A DNA stretch of 63,339 bases, the filler included, from Reticulomyxa filosa (Eukaryota > Protista > Foraminifera), in assembly GCA_000512085.1 (NCBI GenBank). It is 17 parts of 17 records of this genome, joined end to end, with 100 filler letters (N's around TTAATTAATTAA, not from the genome) between each part and the next. Parts side by side here need not be neighbours in the genome. Positions count along the whole stretch, not along the records: positions 1 to 7,257 come from ASPP01039088.1; positions 7,358 to 15,576 come from ASPP01044967.1; 15 more parts are not named here. One strand, written 5' to 3'. Position numbers and translations under genes: made by a program. The notes under the pieces were generated by a model that saw only the letters and a list, made by a program, of their open reading frames with translations, did not search any database and had not been told where the DNA came from. Within the stretch, counting starts at the first letter, position 1. Every line of letters starts with the position of its first letter. Shown one piece after another: positions 1-13,285 of the stretch.

Positions 1-1632
1 ATTTTTTCTTTATCTAAATTGCTATGTAAAGTTTAATTGTTTTTGTTTTTTTACAAATTAATAAATAAGCGACAAGACGATTATTTGATCCGAAAGTATC
101 AATAGGAAATTATTGTTGGTGAGTTATTGCATTTTTTTCAAAATTTTAATTTACTAAAATATGTTTATTTTCCAATTTGAAAATTATTATCATTATTTAA
201 TGTTGAAATAAGCCAAACAACGGCAGTGGGACCTTTTTAGGTCTGCGGTAATTTCAAAAAATAGCAAACAATTTAGTTGAACTACACTGTTCTAAACACA
301 AACATATGAGTCAGCAGTTACTGCATTTTTTCCTTGTCAATCGATCTTTTAAAAAAATAAAGTTATGCCAAAGTTTGTCTTGCTTTTGTGAAGTGGTTTT
401 TGAAAAAAACATTTCTTTTACCAAATTGCAAAATAATAATTCACAATAAAACGGAAAATACATTTGGTTTTCTTTTTTAAAAAAAGTAATTTCTATTTTA
501 AAAATTTTATTTTATGTACAAACAAAGTATATCTCAAAAAGGGAAAGAACGCATTACATTAACAAATGTTTTTTTCTTAAGTTAATTGGTTCATACATAA
601 ATGCACAAGACTTACATTTTTTTTTAGTCTCGTGCACACAATATCAATTTCCAGCCCCTTTCGCATGGAATAAAACAATAATAGTAATAAATTTTTCCAA
701 AATTTCTTCGATATTATTCAGGCAAAAATTTTCTAACAATATCAAATTATAATTACTCTTTCTATCAAGGAAAGTCTTTTTTAAATTAAAGTGGAAAAAA
801 CAAAAATTAGTTTTTCCTTGAAATTTCACGAGTTTATTGTTTGTATGATCACAAATTATTTCACATTGATAGTTTTATTACCACAATTGCAAGTCCTCTT
901 TCAACGACTCCATTTTAGCGTTTTTTTTTTCTGTTTTGAATGACACTCTTTTTTATAACTTGCCTTTAGTATATTATTTTTTTTCCTGTTTTTTTTAATT
1001 AAACATACAATTAAAATAATCACGCAATTCATTTACTTTTCCTAATCAAAAAAAAGTTTTCAAAATTTTGTTAAAAATTACGAAAGATACAAGACTAATC
1101 TTTTTTTAAAAAGTATTTACGTGACTTGGAGATTCCTAAAATGAAAACAAAAAGATTTAAAAATTTCTTATTTTCAATACAGGTTCAATTTCCTTCGAAA
1201 TTTTCAAAAAATCATATTTTTCATCAGGCAGTTTTTTTGCACTCTACTGTATAAATTTCGCTCAAATTTTTTAATCAAGTCGGATAAATGTTTCGAAATT
1301 GGAAGAAATATCAAATATGAAATGTTTTCCCTTAATAGTAGCATAACATTAATTTATTACGTGATTAACAATAATACGAAATCATTTTTAAAAAGATTAA
1401 TAAAAAGTTCAGACAAACAGACATAGTAAACAAAATAACGTGCATTGCAATTCAAATTTCATTTCAAAGATTCGTTAAAACCCTTCGAGATCTGTATAAA
1501 ATAATCAAAGTTTATACGTCAATGTTTGATATTGTTCTCATAATAAATGTTTAAATTTTCCTGTCAAAAAATCTTCAATTCAATAAAGATAAACAATAAA
1601 ATAACAATTTTAAACAAACTGTTTAATAATTC

Positions 1633-3215
1633 TCATTTCAAACAATCTTCACCAGGAGAGACTGTTTTAAAAAACAATAATACATCATCTTGATTCAAAC
1701 ACCACACTGCTTCATTAAATTTATCTTGTTCTAAACGAATTATAATCTTCCATTTTTTTAATTCATCTTCAATACTCTTTTTTTTTGGAGATTCATAATG
1801 TACTCCTTTCTTCACGATTTTTGAATATTGACCTTTTCCACACAATATTTTGATTGGACCATTTTTGAATTTATGTCTCAATTCATCTCTGTTCAATGTC
1901 ATCAAATAACGCAAAATAAAACATGTTGTTGTTGTTGATATCAAACTGAAATCTAATAATATTTGTTGTTTATTGAATATATCAGTCCTCCAATAATCCA
2001 AAGAATGAATAAAATTTTGTTCTTGATATAATATCCTTTCAAAATCTTTCACTGCATTCATCCAATTACTTTTATGCAATAATACATAAGAATTTATTAA
2101 ATTATCTATATCTTTGTCATCAACAGAAATTGGTTTATCTTTAGCTAATGGATATAATTCGTTGTAAAATATATTCAAATATTGTTGATGATAATGTGAT
2201 AATTTATCAATTTCATTTCTATTCAATGTTTCCATTTTCTTCAAATATCCAATACTTTTTAACATAATTATCCTATTATAGTTAATGTTGATATTATTTT
2301 TGAGTAATAATTTTGGAATTTGATGTTCATAAAAATCAAACATTTCATCAATCTTATTATCTTTCAATAATCCTGACATAATTGTTGAACATGTGATTTC
2401 ATCAATTGAAATGAAATGTTCAGATCGTTGTGAATAATCCAATAAATTCATCAGCTTCTTTGATTCTCTACATTTCGCATACACATTCAACATCGAAGTG
2501 ATCAATATTCGATCAATTTGAATATCAGGCTTATTTTGGATTGTATTCCAAATTATTTCAGCACTTTCCATATCACATGCATTTGCACATACTGATAACA
2601 TTGAATTACATATTATTACATTTGGTTTGAGATTGTAATGATTGACTAATAAGTTAAAATAATATAATGCCTGTTTGACATCACCTTTCTTTGAACATCC
2701 TTGAATCATTGTGGATAAAGCAATCAAATCAGGATTGAAAGGTGTTGTATTGGATGTAAATTCTTGATGAATAAACCATTGTTCAAATAATTTCTTTTGA
2801 AGATCAAATTTATTCCAAATACCATAATATTCAATGGAATATTTTGCTGATAAATCAATTGAATAATATTATGAAATGCATTTGGTTGTTTTAATTCAGA
2901 ACATCTTTTAATTGCAGCAGCATAAATACTTGTATCTTGAGAATGAGTATTTCGCAGAAATTGAATAATCTCATTTATGGTTGTCATTTCTTTAATCAAT
3001 GATCTTTCATGTTGTGATTGTTGAGGTGATTTTATTTTTGTCAATGCTCCTTTTTGTCCTTGTAATTTTTTCTTTATTTCATTAGATTTGTGTTCTTCTT
3101 CTAACCGAGTTTCATGTTGGCTTTTTAGTCGTAGAGAGTTGAGAAAAATGGGAGTGAGAGTTGGTTTTTTGTATAAACGTGTGACTAAGAACATGTTCTT
3201 GATTATTGTTTTCAT
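1633..3215 (-). pseudogene. Pentatricopeptide-repeat protein with C-terminal SMR-like domain, frameshifted near 2820
   Basis: PPR motifs PDLIALSTMIQGCSKKGDVKQALYYF, KPNVIICNSMLSVCANACDMESAEIIW and IDEITCSTIMSGLLKDNKIDEMFDFY. C-terminal LDFS...IKILCGKGQYSK...N-E-A resembles SMR (LDLHG...IITGKGxHS...NxG). The downstream frame reads GIWNKFDLQKKLFEQWF upstream of 2727 and overlaps the upstream ORF out of frame. Confidence 0.8.
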
Positions 3216-3935
3216 TATGATTAAGTCTTGTAAATTTAAAAATTGTTTTTTATATTTATCCTTTTTTTTTGTGACACTTTTAAAAAATTACTTTGTTTAC
3301 TTAAATTTGCTGATATTAGACTATAAATCTAAATTAAATTTAAAAATAAAAATAACTTAAGTCTTTTGAATATTCTTGTAATAAATTTTTTTTCTAATTC
3401 GAATCGTTTTATGTCATTCTAAAAATTTTTATGAATAATCATATTATAGAGACATCTGATATTCTCTATGAAGAAACAAATTTGACATTTGATGAATTAA
3501 ATGAATTAGGGAAGCATTTGATAAAATTAACAAAGAAGAAGATTGTCTTAAATTAACAGCTATCACAAGCAAAACTACTCCATATATGATGAAAATACAA
3601 TTTGATATAATATTTAACTTATATTTAATAGTGAATATGCCAATAAAATGTCTTATCCGGTGAATAAGGGCGAGTTTTTTTGCTTGAACTACTGGAAAAA
3701 AATTCGTTTCTAGAAAAATCTGCCCCAAAAAAAAAATTGAAATAAGATTATTCTGAACATTTTTTTTTGTAACACAAAATCAAGTTATTTTTCAAAAAAG
3801 AAATAAATCTGCTTTGTCTTCATTTATGTAAAATGAAATTGAATTTTAGAGTATTCGTTATTTGCATGTATGGCCCCTTTACACTGCCTAAAAAAAAAAG
3901 GAGAAAAGAAAAAAACCTTAAAAAACTGACTAGCA

Positions 3936-5060
3936 TGTTACTGCTACATGAAGAAGAAACTAAAGCTAAAAAGCTAAAAACCTTCTCTTTTGAAGGATGT
4001 TATGACAAAGACTGGATCTCTTCTTTGAATAAACCAAGACTTTTGAGAAATCTTCAACGTTTATTATGCAAACAAATTGCAAATTTAAAGAATTTGGTTG
4101 TGATGATATTTTATTTTATTTTAATTTTCAAGAACATTTACAATTAAAAAGTAGTCAACATTTAAATTTATTATTAAATTTGATTAAAAAACAAAGATAA
4201 TGAAATTAATACATTGAAACAAGGTATTGAATTAAAAGATAAACAAATTATTGATAAAAATAAGTCAATTCAACAAATACAAACAGATAATGAAATAATT
4301 AAAAAAAATTTAAATGATAAAGAAAAACAATTATCATCTAATTATGAGAAAATCATTAAAGAATTAAAAGAGAGTTATCAAAATGATCAAAAAGAAATTG
4401 AACAACAAAAATAATCAATTCATGTAAATTCATTTTCACCTTATACTTCATCAACTCATACTGTCAATTTTCAAACATTTTGTTCTTCATCCAAATTAAT
4501 CAATACATGCAATGGACACACAGATATTGTGCGTAGTATTGACTATTCAACATTTGATGATCATCAATTTATTTGTTCTGGATCATATGATAAAACAGTT
4601 CGTGTATGGGATATAAATACCAACAAACAAATAAAATTATTCAATGTGCATTCAGAAATTGTGTATTGTGTGAAATTTTCACCATATCACTATCATTACC
4701 ATCGTTGTAATGTCATTTGTTCTTCATCACAAAACAATTCGTTTTTGGCATATCAAAGATAATTAACAATTTCAAATATTTAATGAACATAATGATGGTG
4801 TTTGAGGAATTGAATTTCCATCATTTAATTGTGGTAGATATTTTTGTTCTAAATCATATGACAAAACTATTCGTTTATTGGATATTGAAACATCAAAATC
4901 ATTACATGTTTTCGATGGACATGAAAGGCTGTCAATTGTGTTGATATTTCACCATTGCAAAACAATAACAATAACAAGAATAATAATAATAAAAGTAATA
5001 TTATTGGTATGATTGGTGGAAATGGATATACAATTTGTCCTGGATCATTGTGCATAAGAT
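3936..5060 (+). pseudogene. Degraded coiled-coil + WD40-repeat gene of an expanded family
   Basis: GHTDIVRSIDYSTFDDHQFICSGSYDKTVRVWD and further WD repeats, broken by stops and frameshifts across ORFs 4214, 4529 and 4717. Confidence 0.85.
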
Positions 5061-5415
5061 TTAACTAATTACTTTGTTTTGTTGTGATAATAAAAAATAT
5101 CTTTATATTTTTTTTTATGATCTCGAATTGACTTTATAAACAAGATTAAACTTGCCAAAAATTTCCTTTCTTTTGCATTCAAGGTCACCAACAGCATTCC
5201 TTTTAAAATTTTAGTTTGAAAAAACATTGGAGTTTAGAATGGGTGATAAACAAAAAAAACATTTCAATGCATACTTTTTACAAACCCAATGAACTTTATT
5301 TTTCTTTTTTTCTTTTTTTTTGTACTGTATAATCACAAAACATGAAAGGGGCAACGCAGAACAAATATTTGGCATTTTTGTCACATACCTGAATTACTTT
5401 TGACTTTTAAAAAAT

Positions 5416-6642
5416 ATGGACGAAAAAACAACGGAATGTTTGATAATTGATAATGGAAGTGGAACGCTGAAAGCTGGTTTCAACAACGTACACGTTCCAC
5501 AAGTAGTATTTCCGAATGTTGTTGGAAGACCAAAACATAAAGGTATAGCCTTTGGAATGACACAAAAAGATAGGTATATAGGTGATGATGCACAAAGCAG
5601 AAGAGATATTTTTAATTTAAAATATCCAATTGAGCATGGCATGATCACAAACTGGGACGATATGGAAGAAATATGGCATCATATTTTTTACACGTTTAAA
5701 AACAATAATAATAATAAAAAAATTAATTTCACATTTTTTAAAAATAATAAAATAAAGACATTAATTTAAAAATATTAAACTTTAACAGAGAATTGAATAT
5801 CCAGCTAGAGGAACATCCGATATTGTTAACTGAGATGCCATTGACTCCAAAAGCAAACCGAGAGAAAATGACTCAGATTATGTTCGAAACATTCAATGTC
5901 ACTGCAATGTATATAGGTATTCAACCAGTATTATCACTTTATGCAATTGAAAAAATGACCGGTATTGTGCTCGATGCTGGTGACAGTGTATCTCACGTAG
6001 TGCCCGTGTATGAAGGGTTTGCATTGCCACATGCTACCTTGAAATTGGATTTTGCAGGAAGAGATTTGACAAATTATTTGATGAAATTGTTAACAGAAAA
6101 AGGTTATTCATATATCACTAGCGCATACAGTGGAGCAATTCGTGACTTAAAAGAAAATGTACATATGTTGCAGAAGATTATCAAAAGGAGTTACAAACAA
6201 TATCAATATCAAATGATATTAATAAACAGTATGAATTGCCTGATGGACAAATAATCACAATTGGATCTGAACAACTCCAATGTCCTGAAGTCTTGTTTTC
6301 ACCCCATTTGATTCAAAAAGAAGACAAAGGAATTCATAAATTACTTTATGACAGCATTATAAAATGTGATAATGATTTTCATCACGGTTTTTATAGCAAT
6401 ATTGTTTTAAGTGGTGGTACTACTATGTTTCGTAATATTGATGTCCGTCTCACCAAAGAAATTGTCACATTAGCTCCGGTTAATATGAACATCACAAAGT
6501 TATTACTCCTCCTGAAAGAAAATACAGTGCGTGGATTGGAGGAAGCATATTAAGTAATACGAGTACTTTTCAAGAAAAGTGGACCACAAAAGATCAGTAT
6601 GATGAAAGTGGTCCTACTATTATACGCAGACGATATTGGTAA
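5416..6642 (+). pseudogene. Divergent actin with one intron (5694-5788) and two frameshifts (~6155, ~6497)
   Basis: Motifs [67 protein letters not shown] and IVLSGGTTMF. After the last shift it reads [16 protein letters not shown]...YDESGPTII, stop at 6640-6642. Confidence 0.93.
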
Positions 6643-6931
6643 ATTGATTTCTTTTTTGTCTATTGCACGGTATCCCCTCCTCCACCACCATGTACAAACT
6701 TACAAAAAAGACGTCGTAGATTTTTTTAAAATTGGTAGTGGTGTTCATTAGTAGACAATCTGAATCTTTTCGAAAAAAACTCTGAGATTTATGTGTCTTC
6801 TATTTTTTTCCTTTTTTGTTGAGCTTATTGCTATGCAAAGCCTTTTTAAACTTAAAATTTTGTTATTTATCCTAATAATATTGTTTCATCTTTTGTTATA
6901 CAAGTAATACAATATTTTTTAAAATACTTTC

Positions 6932-7257
6932 CTAAACAAATTTTTTGGATACTTTGTTACTTGACAATGACCACAATTTAAAAAAAGCAAATATTACTCT
7001 GGTCATAGCATCAGAATGCTCTTCCAATCTTTGTATCTCCACGCCTAATTGCACATCCCAAACTCCAATTGTTTTATCATTTGAAGATGACACGAGTTGT
7101 TGACCATTGAATGAAAATTTTACATCATTTATGTATCTCGAATGTCCTAACAACTTTTTCATCTCTCGTCCGTTGCCCACATCCCATATCTTATTGTTTT
7201 GTCCCATGAGCCAGATGCAACATTCTTTCCATCTGGTGAAAATTGAACACTTGTTAC
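6932..7257 (-). pseudogene. WD40-repeat gene fragment (contig edge, frameshifted)
   Basis: GHSRYINDVKFSFNGQQLVSSSNDKTIGVWD. Confidence 0.8.
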
Positions 7258-7357
7258 NNNNNNNNNNNNNNNNNNNNNNNNNNNNNNNNNNNNNNNNNNN
7301 NTTAATTAATTAANNNNNNNNNNNNNNNNNNNNNNNNNNNNNNNNNNNNNNNNNNNN
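7258..7357. other. Artificial contig-joining spacer, first of 16. The others start at 15577, 17736, 20941, 22796, 30436, 31823, 34544, 43744, 44939, 47161, 49779, 52978, 57884, 59034 and 60961.
   Basis: Identical 44N+TTAATTAATTAA+44N block each time; the 12-mer gives stops in all six frames. Confidence 0.99.
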
Positions 7358-7411
7358 AATACAAACACTTCAAAAAAAAAAAAAAAAAAAAAAATTCTTT
7401 TTGATATGTAG

Positions 7412-10400
7412 GCAATCATGGGATCAAACGACTTGAAATGGTGGGGTTATGAAGTAATGAGGGCCGAAGTGCTTTCGAGACTGGAACTGCGATCAGACAA
7501 GGCCGTTGCGTGCATGGCCAAGGCGAAGGAGAAGTACGGTGGCGACGCGGACAAGTGCTATTATTACGCGTCGAGATACGGCCTGTTGCATTTGGCCTAC
7601 GGACAGCATGCGAAAGCTTTGGAATGGTGCCAAAAAGCATCTGCATTGTTCCCCAATGCTTTCATTCGAGTGAAAGTCATTGAATGCATGATGAAACTGA
7701 AACAAATGGATACTGCTTCACAAGAGCTCAAAGTTTGGTACTTTCAATATATGTTATATTCTACAATCGCACATAGTACATTATATATATATATATATAT
7801 GTATACATATATATAAGTATATACATTTATATACATACATATATAACCACAAATGACGAATAACAACAGCGCCTATTGCAAGACGTGAAAAAGGGATGGA
7901 ATGGCAATCGAGTAACGAACAAACAGGCACAGTCGGGACTGATTGGCAACGTGGACGCGTATGGCGAAAAGGAATGCCAGTTCGTACAGGAGTGGTTTGA
8001 TTACATCAAAACAGGATATGGACAAAAGCATTTCGAAAACATAATCAAATTGACGGACGATATTGGCAATGTGGAAAAAAGCGCAGACTGGAAGCCTTGG
8101 AGCGCGTGGAGGGGCCAAATGGAAGAACCCGTTCGTTTTCAAATCCTTCCGCTCCACACGAGCATCGCCGTCTTTCACGAGCACTTTGTCAGTCGCAAGC
8201 AGCCTTTGACCTCTGCGTTATTCAACGCGTACATGTCGGTACGTAGGTTATTCCCTTGCCTTTTTTTTTAATTAAAAAAAAAAAATATATATATATATGT
8301 ATATGTATATGTATATATATAATAGACGATATCAGGCTTATCAAAGAAAGATGAGTTTATGGGAAAAGGATTGTTTGTGTATGAATTAGTATTGGCACAA
8401 GCGATGATGTGCTGGGCAGGTACAGCAGTCTTTACCGATGATTATTCAATGCATCCGACGCCAATGCAACTGCGCAACTTTATGTTGGCGACAAAGGACG
8501 ATTTGAACGCAGAGCGCTGCGTGATTCTGCGCTACGTGATGCTGTTTGACGCGCTGCTCGTGAAGCGCGCGCCGGGACCGTTGGAGCAGCTGTTTATAAA
8601 CGACGCCTCCAGCGTGCCGCAGTTCGAGGGCATCTTCTACGATCTGTGCAACATTGGTGGTGTGACGGCGGACTCGAGCGCGGTGCTGAAGGCCATTTTG
8701 GAAGAGTCGAAGAAGTCAATGCCCATATTAAACCGCGAGACAGAATGGCTGGTATTTAGTGCCAACGTGAAGCGAATGACTGACGACAGTGGCAACCAAG
8801 AAAACTTTGAGTTTGTATTCGGTACGTTCAGCAAGCTGCTGGTAAAGACCAACGGCAAAGATAAACTCAGCTTGGCCGTGTTTGGCGATTATTTACTGGG
8901 TATCAATCGCGCACGTGCAGCTATTGTCTTTTTCGCAGAGGCGTTGCGCTTGTATCCGGAATTGCGCAGTCCCGAAAACATGGCTGTGCTATCCAAATAC
9001 GGGTTCGCCTTAACGTGCGCCAGCATGCGTGAGTACATGTACACGGCCAGTCGCATCTTGCAGCCCATCCACGCCAACAATCCAAGCAAGGCGGGCGAGT
9101 GGAAAGACTCGAGCAAAGCGACCGACTTGGCCGACGTGCGAGACACGGCGTGGAAAGCGGAAATGGAAGTATTGGAGCCATCGCAGTTTGCCAACTTTGC
9201 ATCGCGAGCAAATCCAGTGACGGCCAGCGGCATTATGACGTATTTGCAGTTGAACATGCTGAACTTGTACGAAGCAAGAGTGGCATATTTCCAAACGGAA
9301 AAAGGGGAGAAACGTGGCAACAAATGGTGTCTGATCGCAAACGTGCTGTTAAATATCGTTACCGGCGCCGTGGACAACAAGGCCATGAAGGAATGCGCAG
9401 ACGCTTTGAAGCGCACATGCGGAGAAAATGCAGCGTCGTCCAGCGTTTGGAATGCCGCGCAAGCCATGTTTGAAGCCACCGTGGCCTTGGGCAAAAAGGG
9501 GCCGATGGAATCAAAAAAAGGACCCCAAAGTGACAGCTTGTCTGAAGAAGTCAGTGGCTCCAAAGAAGCGGCCGATGGAGCCATCCCTCCGCATGAATAC
9601 GCTGTGGCCTTGCTCATCGGACTTTGTGCGGCTCGTTGGTGCAGCTTGGGACCAATGGTAAAGGCGCTGAAGGCCTCGTGGGAGCCCTTGGAAAGCGCGC
9701 AGCAAACCTTGTATTCGCAGTTGCTGTGGAATTTGTACAGCTTAGCGGACGACGATAGCAAAGACTGGACCAAGGAAAAGCTCACAGAAAAATGCAACAC
9801 GCTGATCCCTTCGCTGCTGAAACCTGGTCTTGGACCGCAAGAGATCAAACAGGCCTTGGAGGGGGCCGGCATTACATGTCCGATTTCGACTCGCTCGCTC
9901 CGCAGGCCAAGTTCTTGGAACTGTCGTTTGAAGGCAAGATCAACGATGCCTTGGAAAAATCCAAAACGTCGGAGGGACCTTATTTGGTCAGCATTGCCGC
10001 TACCAACACTAAAGAGACAGACGAAAAGGCTTGGTTCGCACAGGCCGCCGAAGCCGAGACCAAAACGGAGGAAGCTAAAACTGCATCTTCCCTCCTTCTC
10101 TGGAAATCGAAGTCAAAGAAGAGAAAAAGGAAGAGAAGAAAGAGGAGAAAAAAGAAAAGAGTGAACCCAAACCCAAACCTGAACCTACTAAAACCCCGGT
10201 TCCAAAAGAAACCAAAACTCCGGAACCGACTCCGAAAAAATCTGACCCTGAACCCGAACCTGCCAGCAAAGCGGAAAAACACGAAGAATCCTCTTCCCTC
10301 AAAGCTGTCAGCAAACCCGATCAAAATGCCTATAAAAAAGTACCGCTTGAAGAGTTACTCAAATGGGCCACTGAATGTGAAAACACTGTCAAAAGCATGC

Positions 10401-10639
10401 GCGCAGAGGGAAAAGATAAAATTAAAAGCTGGGATGTCAACAAAACTGGAGCTTTTGTTGCCTCGCTTCCCTTTTATGGACATAGCGATTATTACAAATC
10501 TCTCATTTTGAAACACAACGTTGATGGAACCAAATTGTTGGGAGCAGACTTGAAGACCTTGGAAGAGTGGGGCTTCGATCACTTGGCACACAGAGCCCGC
10601 TTGTACAGTGAAATACACAGAATCAATCATCCCAAATAA
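7412..10639 (+). CDS. Large TPR-containing protein with Pro/Glu/Lys linker and C-terminal SAM domain (5'-partial; introns 7733-7869 and 8239-8325; two homopolymer frameshifts)
   Basis: TPR-like GLLHLAYGQHAKALEWCQKASALFP and GDYLLGINRARAAIVFFAEALRLYP. SAM-like SWDVNKTGAFVASL...YKSLILKHNVDGTKLL...LEEWGFDHLAHRARLYSEI. Both introns preserve frame, and adding one G (~9862) and one C (~10091) joins all parts. Confidence 0.75.
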
Positions 10640-11088
10640 ATAAAAGAAAAAAAAAGTGATTTTTTTTTTAAAAATTTTTTGAAGTGTGCACTCCCCCTTT
10701 TTTTTTTTTTTATTTTGTTTGTTGTTTTGTGCTTTTTGAAAACACTTTGTCCATGTTGTTTTTTTTTGCATTTCAATTCCATTGTGCGTGCTATCTCCTT
10801 TTTTGAACTGTGAACCTTCTTTCTAAAAAGGACTATGTCGATCGCATTGTTTTGAGGCAGTCAGTTTCTTTTCACACTCAAAGGATATTAATTTTGTTTA
10901 GAGAGGGGAGGAAAAAAAAAAATCTGATTATAAAGATAGACTTACTTAAATAAAGTTTTCTTGAACAACAGCACAGTTTTTTTTTTCCTTCTGGAAACTA
11001 AGTACAAAAAAAAAGTGTCTACGATCCTCTCCTTCCAAACAATCAGTTAAAAAAAAAATAATTCCGGTACGGCAAATTGACGTTTGGT

Positions 11089-12835
11089 ATGAACTGGACA
11101 GAAAGCGCCCACCACTGTTATCATGGTTTTGCAATAGTTCCATATTGGCTGTTAGTAGTAGGTTTTACGTTGTCTTTGCTGATAATATCAACACTGAGGA
11201 AAAGTGACAACGAAGTGTATCGAAGAAACATGATTTTGTTCAAATATTACGTGGTGAAGCCATTGACTAACCTGCTGAAAATATTGTGTTGTTGTTGCTT
11301 ATGTTGCTGCGAGAAAGTGTGTCCCAGTTGGTTTGGGTCACGAAATATACGCGTGAAATCACTGTCGAATAAACTGGTGCAATATCCAAAGTATGTGTCT
11401 GTGGAATTGTTGTCTCCGCTGAAAAGTGTGGATGAGTTTGATGTCTGTGGTGAGCTCTGTGGGGATTATTATGTTCGAGTAGTGGAAAAGTCTTCGAACA
11501 TTCCAAAATATCGTCAAATGATCCAAAGACATAGGTCCAGGTCGTGGATGCTGTGGACGACAAAAGAATGGAGGGAAGAAGAAGGGCCTATGGAACTGCA
11601 ATTCAATAGCGAAAATAATCACTGGATGTTGAAACATGTCGAAAAACAGAGCAACAATGAAACAACAGTGGTTGCATTCCAATTGAATGACCGAAGCAAA
11701 GGTGGGCAGATTCGTCCTGAAAGCATGAGCATTGCAAATAGTCTCAATATTCATAGCAGTAATATTGATGACTCCATTGGGGAAAACTTGCTATTTGGAA
11801 AGGGAAAGGGAAAAGGGAAACGAAGAGTGAGAGAAGAAGAAGATGATGATGATGAGTCTCAAATTTTATCCAATATCAATAGCCATGCTAATACTGCTTA
11901 TTATAGCGACGACAATAAATATAATTACACCCCTTTGGAATTGCTGTTTACTATCCCTTTTCAAGTCAATTGTGATGACACTCAAGCCACCTCCTTCTTT
12001 CTCATTCGAAACTCTACTCTCTCTTACTATCTCACACAATTTGCTTTTATCTCTTTGCTTCTTTTAGGTTTTTGGCAATCTTGCACTGATTGCTATGCTT
12101 TTGTTCGCTTTTTACTTCACCACGGGTATTTAAAAAAAAAAAAAAAAACTTATGTAGATACCTCATCTTGCACATACAACATACCTACTTACGTATATAT
12201 TATACATATACCTATACATTGTGTAAATACGTATACTGTACAAAAAAAAAAAAAGTGCTAACACTTGGACCAATTATCAATGCTATGCGTTGATAATTTC
12301 ACATTCTCCTGTTTTCAAACAAGCCTACCTTGTTTTTGCTGGGACTATATCTCTGGATATATTTTCACCCAATCAAGCTTATATTTATGTTCATAATCCA
12401 ACTTATGTATTTTGCCAGATTTCAAATATCTTTGTACTCTTCTACACTTGTTGTTTGCTATTTTATCTCCCGGTTTTGGTTACTCATTTCATCCCGTTTG
12501 TCTTTGTTTATTTTCCGTTCCAACCTTTGCTTTTGTGCTTATTTTCTTGTTTGTACTTGTGCTACAAATACCGACAACGCATCCTTGACACGAAACAAGG
12601 ATACTCTCCAAACAATAATCTTCATCGCCGACATTTCATTTTTGGACTTTTGTGTATTTTCTTGTTGTATGTTCAATTTGTGTGGTGTGTTGATGTTTTA
12701 GCAAATTTTTACAGCGGGGAATCTTATATTAACTCTCTTAAGTTCTCTTTTTCCAAAAGAGGTACTCACCCATTTTGGAATTCTATTTTTGGAAACATTA
12801 ATCAATACAAAACACTACTATTTTGGATGATTTGA
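11089..12835 (+). CDS. Multi-pass membrane protein of unknown function (intron ~12126-12255)
   Basis: N-terminal TM helix plus Cys cluster (CCCCLCCC), a soluble loop, then several hydrophobic helices. Splicing CACGG|gtattt...aaaag|TGCT joins ORFs 11077 and 12290 in frame. Confidence 0.65.
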
Positions 12836-13285
12836 TTTCGTTTATTTTGTTTTTTGTTGGCGTTGCCTTGTTTTTTTTCTCATATATTTATCTTTCCTTC
12901 CTCTCCAATTTCATTTGTTCAGGACGTATAACATGAGGAGAAAAAAAAGGTTTTAAATTCTGGACGAGAGTTACAAATCATGGGGCTTGATAGCGTGGAT
13001 TGTATGTTATCGATACAGCAACCAAAAGCTTGTCGTGTTTGTTTCGGCAGTTTTATCATTAATTTTATTTAAAATTTGCAAAATAATTATTTAAATCTTG
13101 GATTTAAAAAAACCACGCAACATTGATTGTCTTGCTTTTAATCATATCAATTTGCTAATTTAGATATTTTAGAATTTTGCAGTTTAAAAATTAACTTTCA
13201 AAACTGATTTCAATTGGTGACAAGTTTTTTACTCCTTTAACCCCCCACGCACAAATATTAAAAAAACAAAACAGTAAAACATTTT

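Noticed and set aside
8889-9872. Long antisense ORFs (327 aa here; also 46177-47004, 56949-57707 and 59911-60729)
   Set aside because: These are shadows of GC-richer or low-complexity coding sequence on the opposite strand, with no independent motifs.
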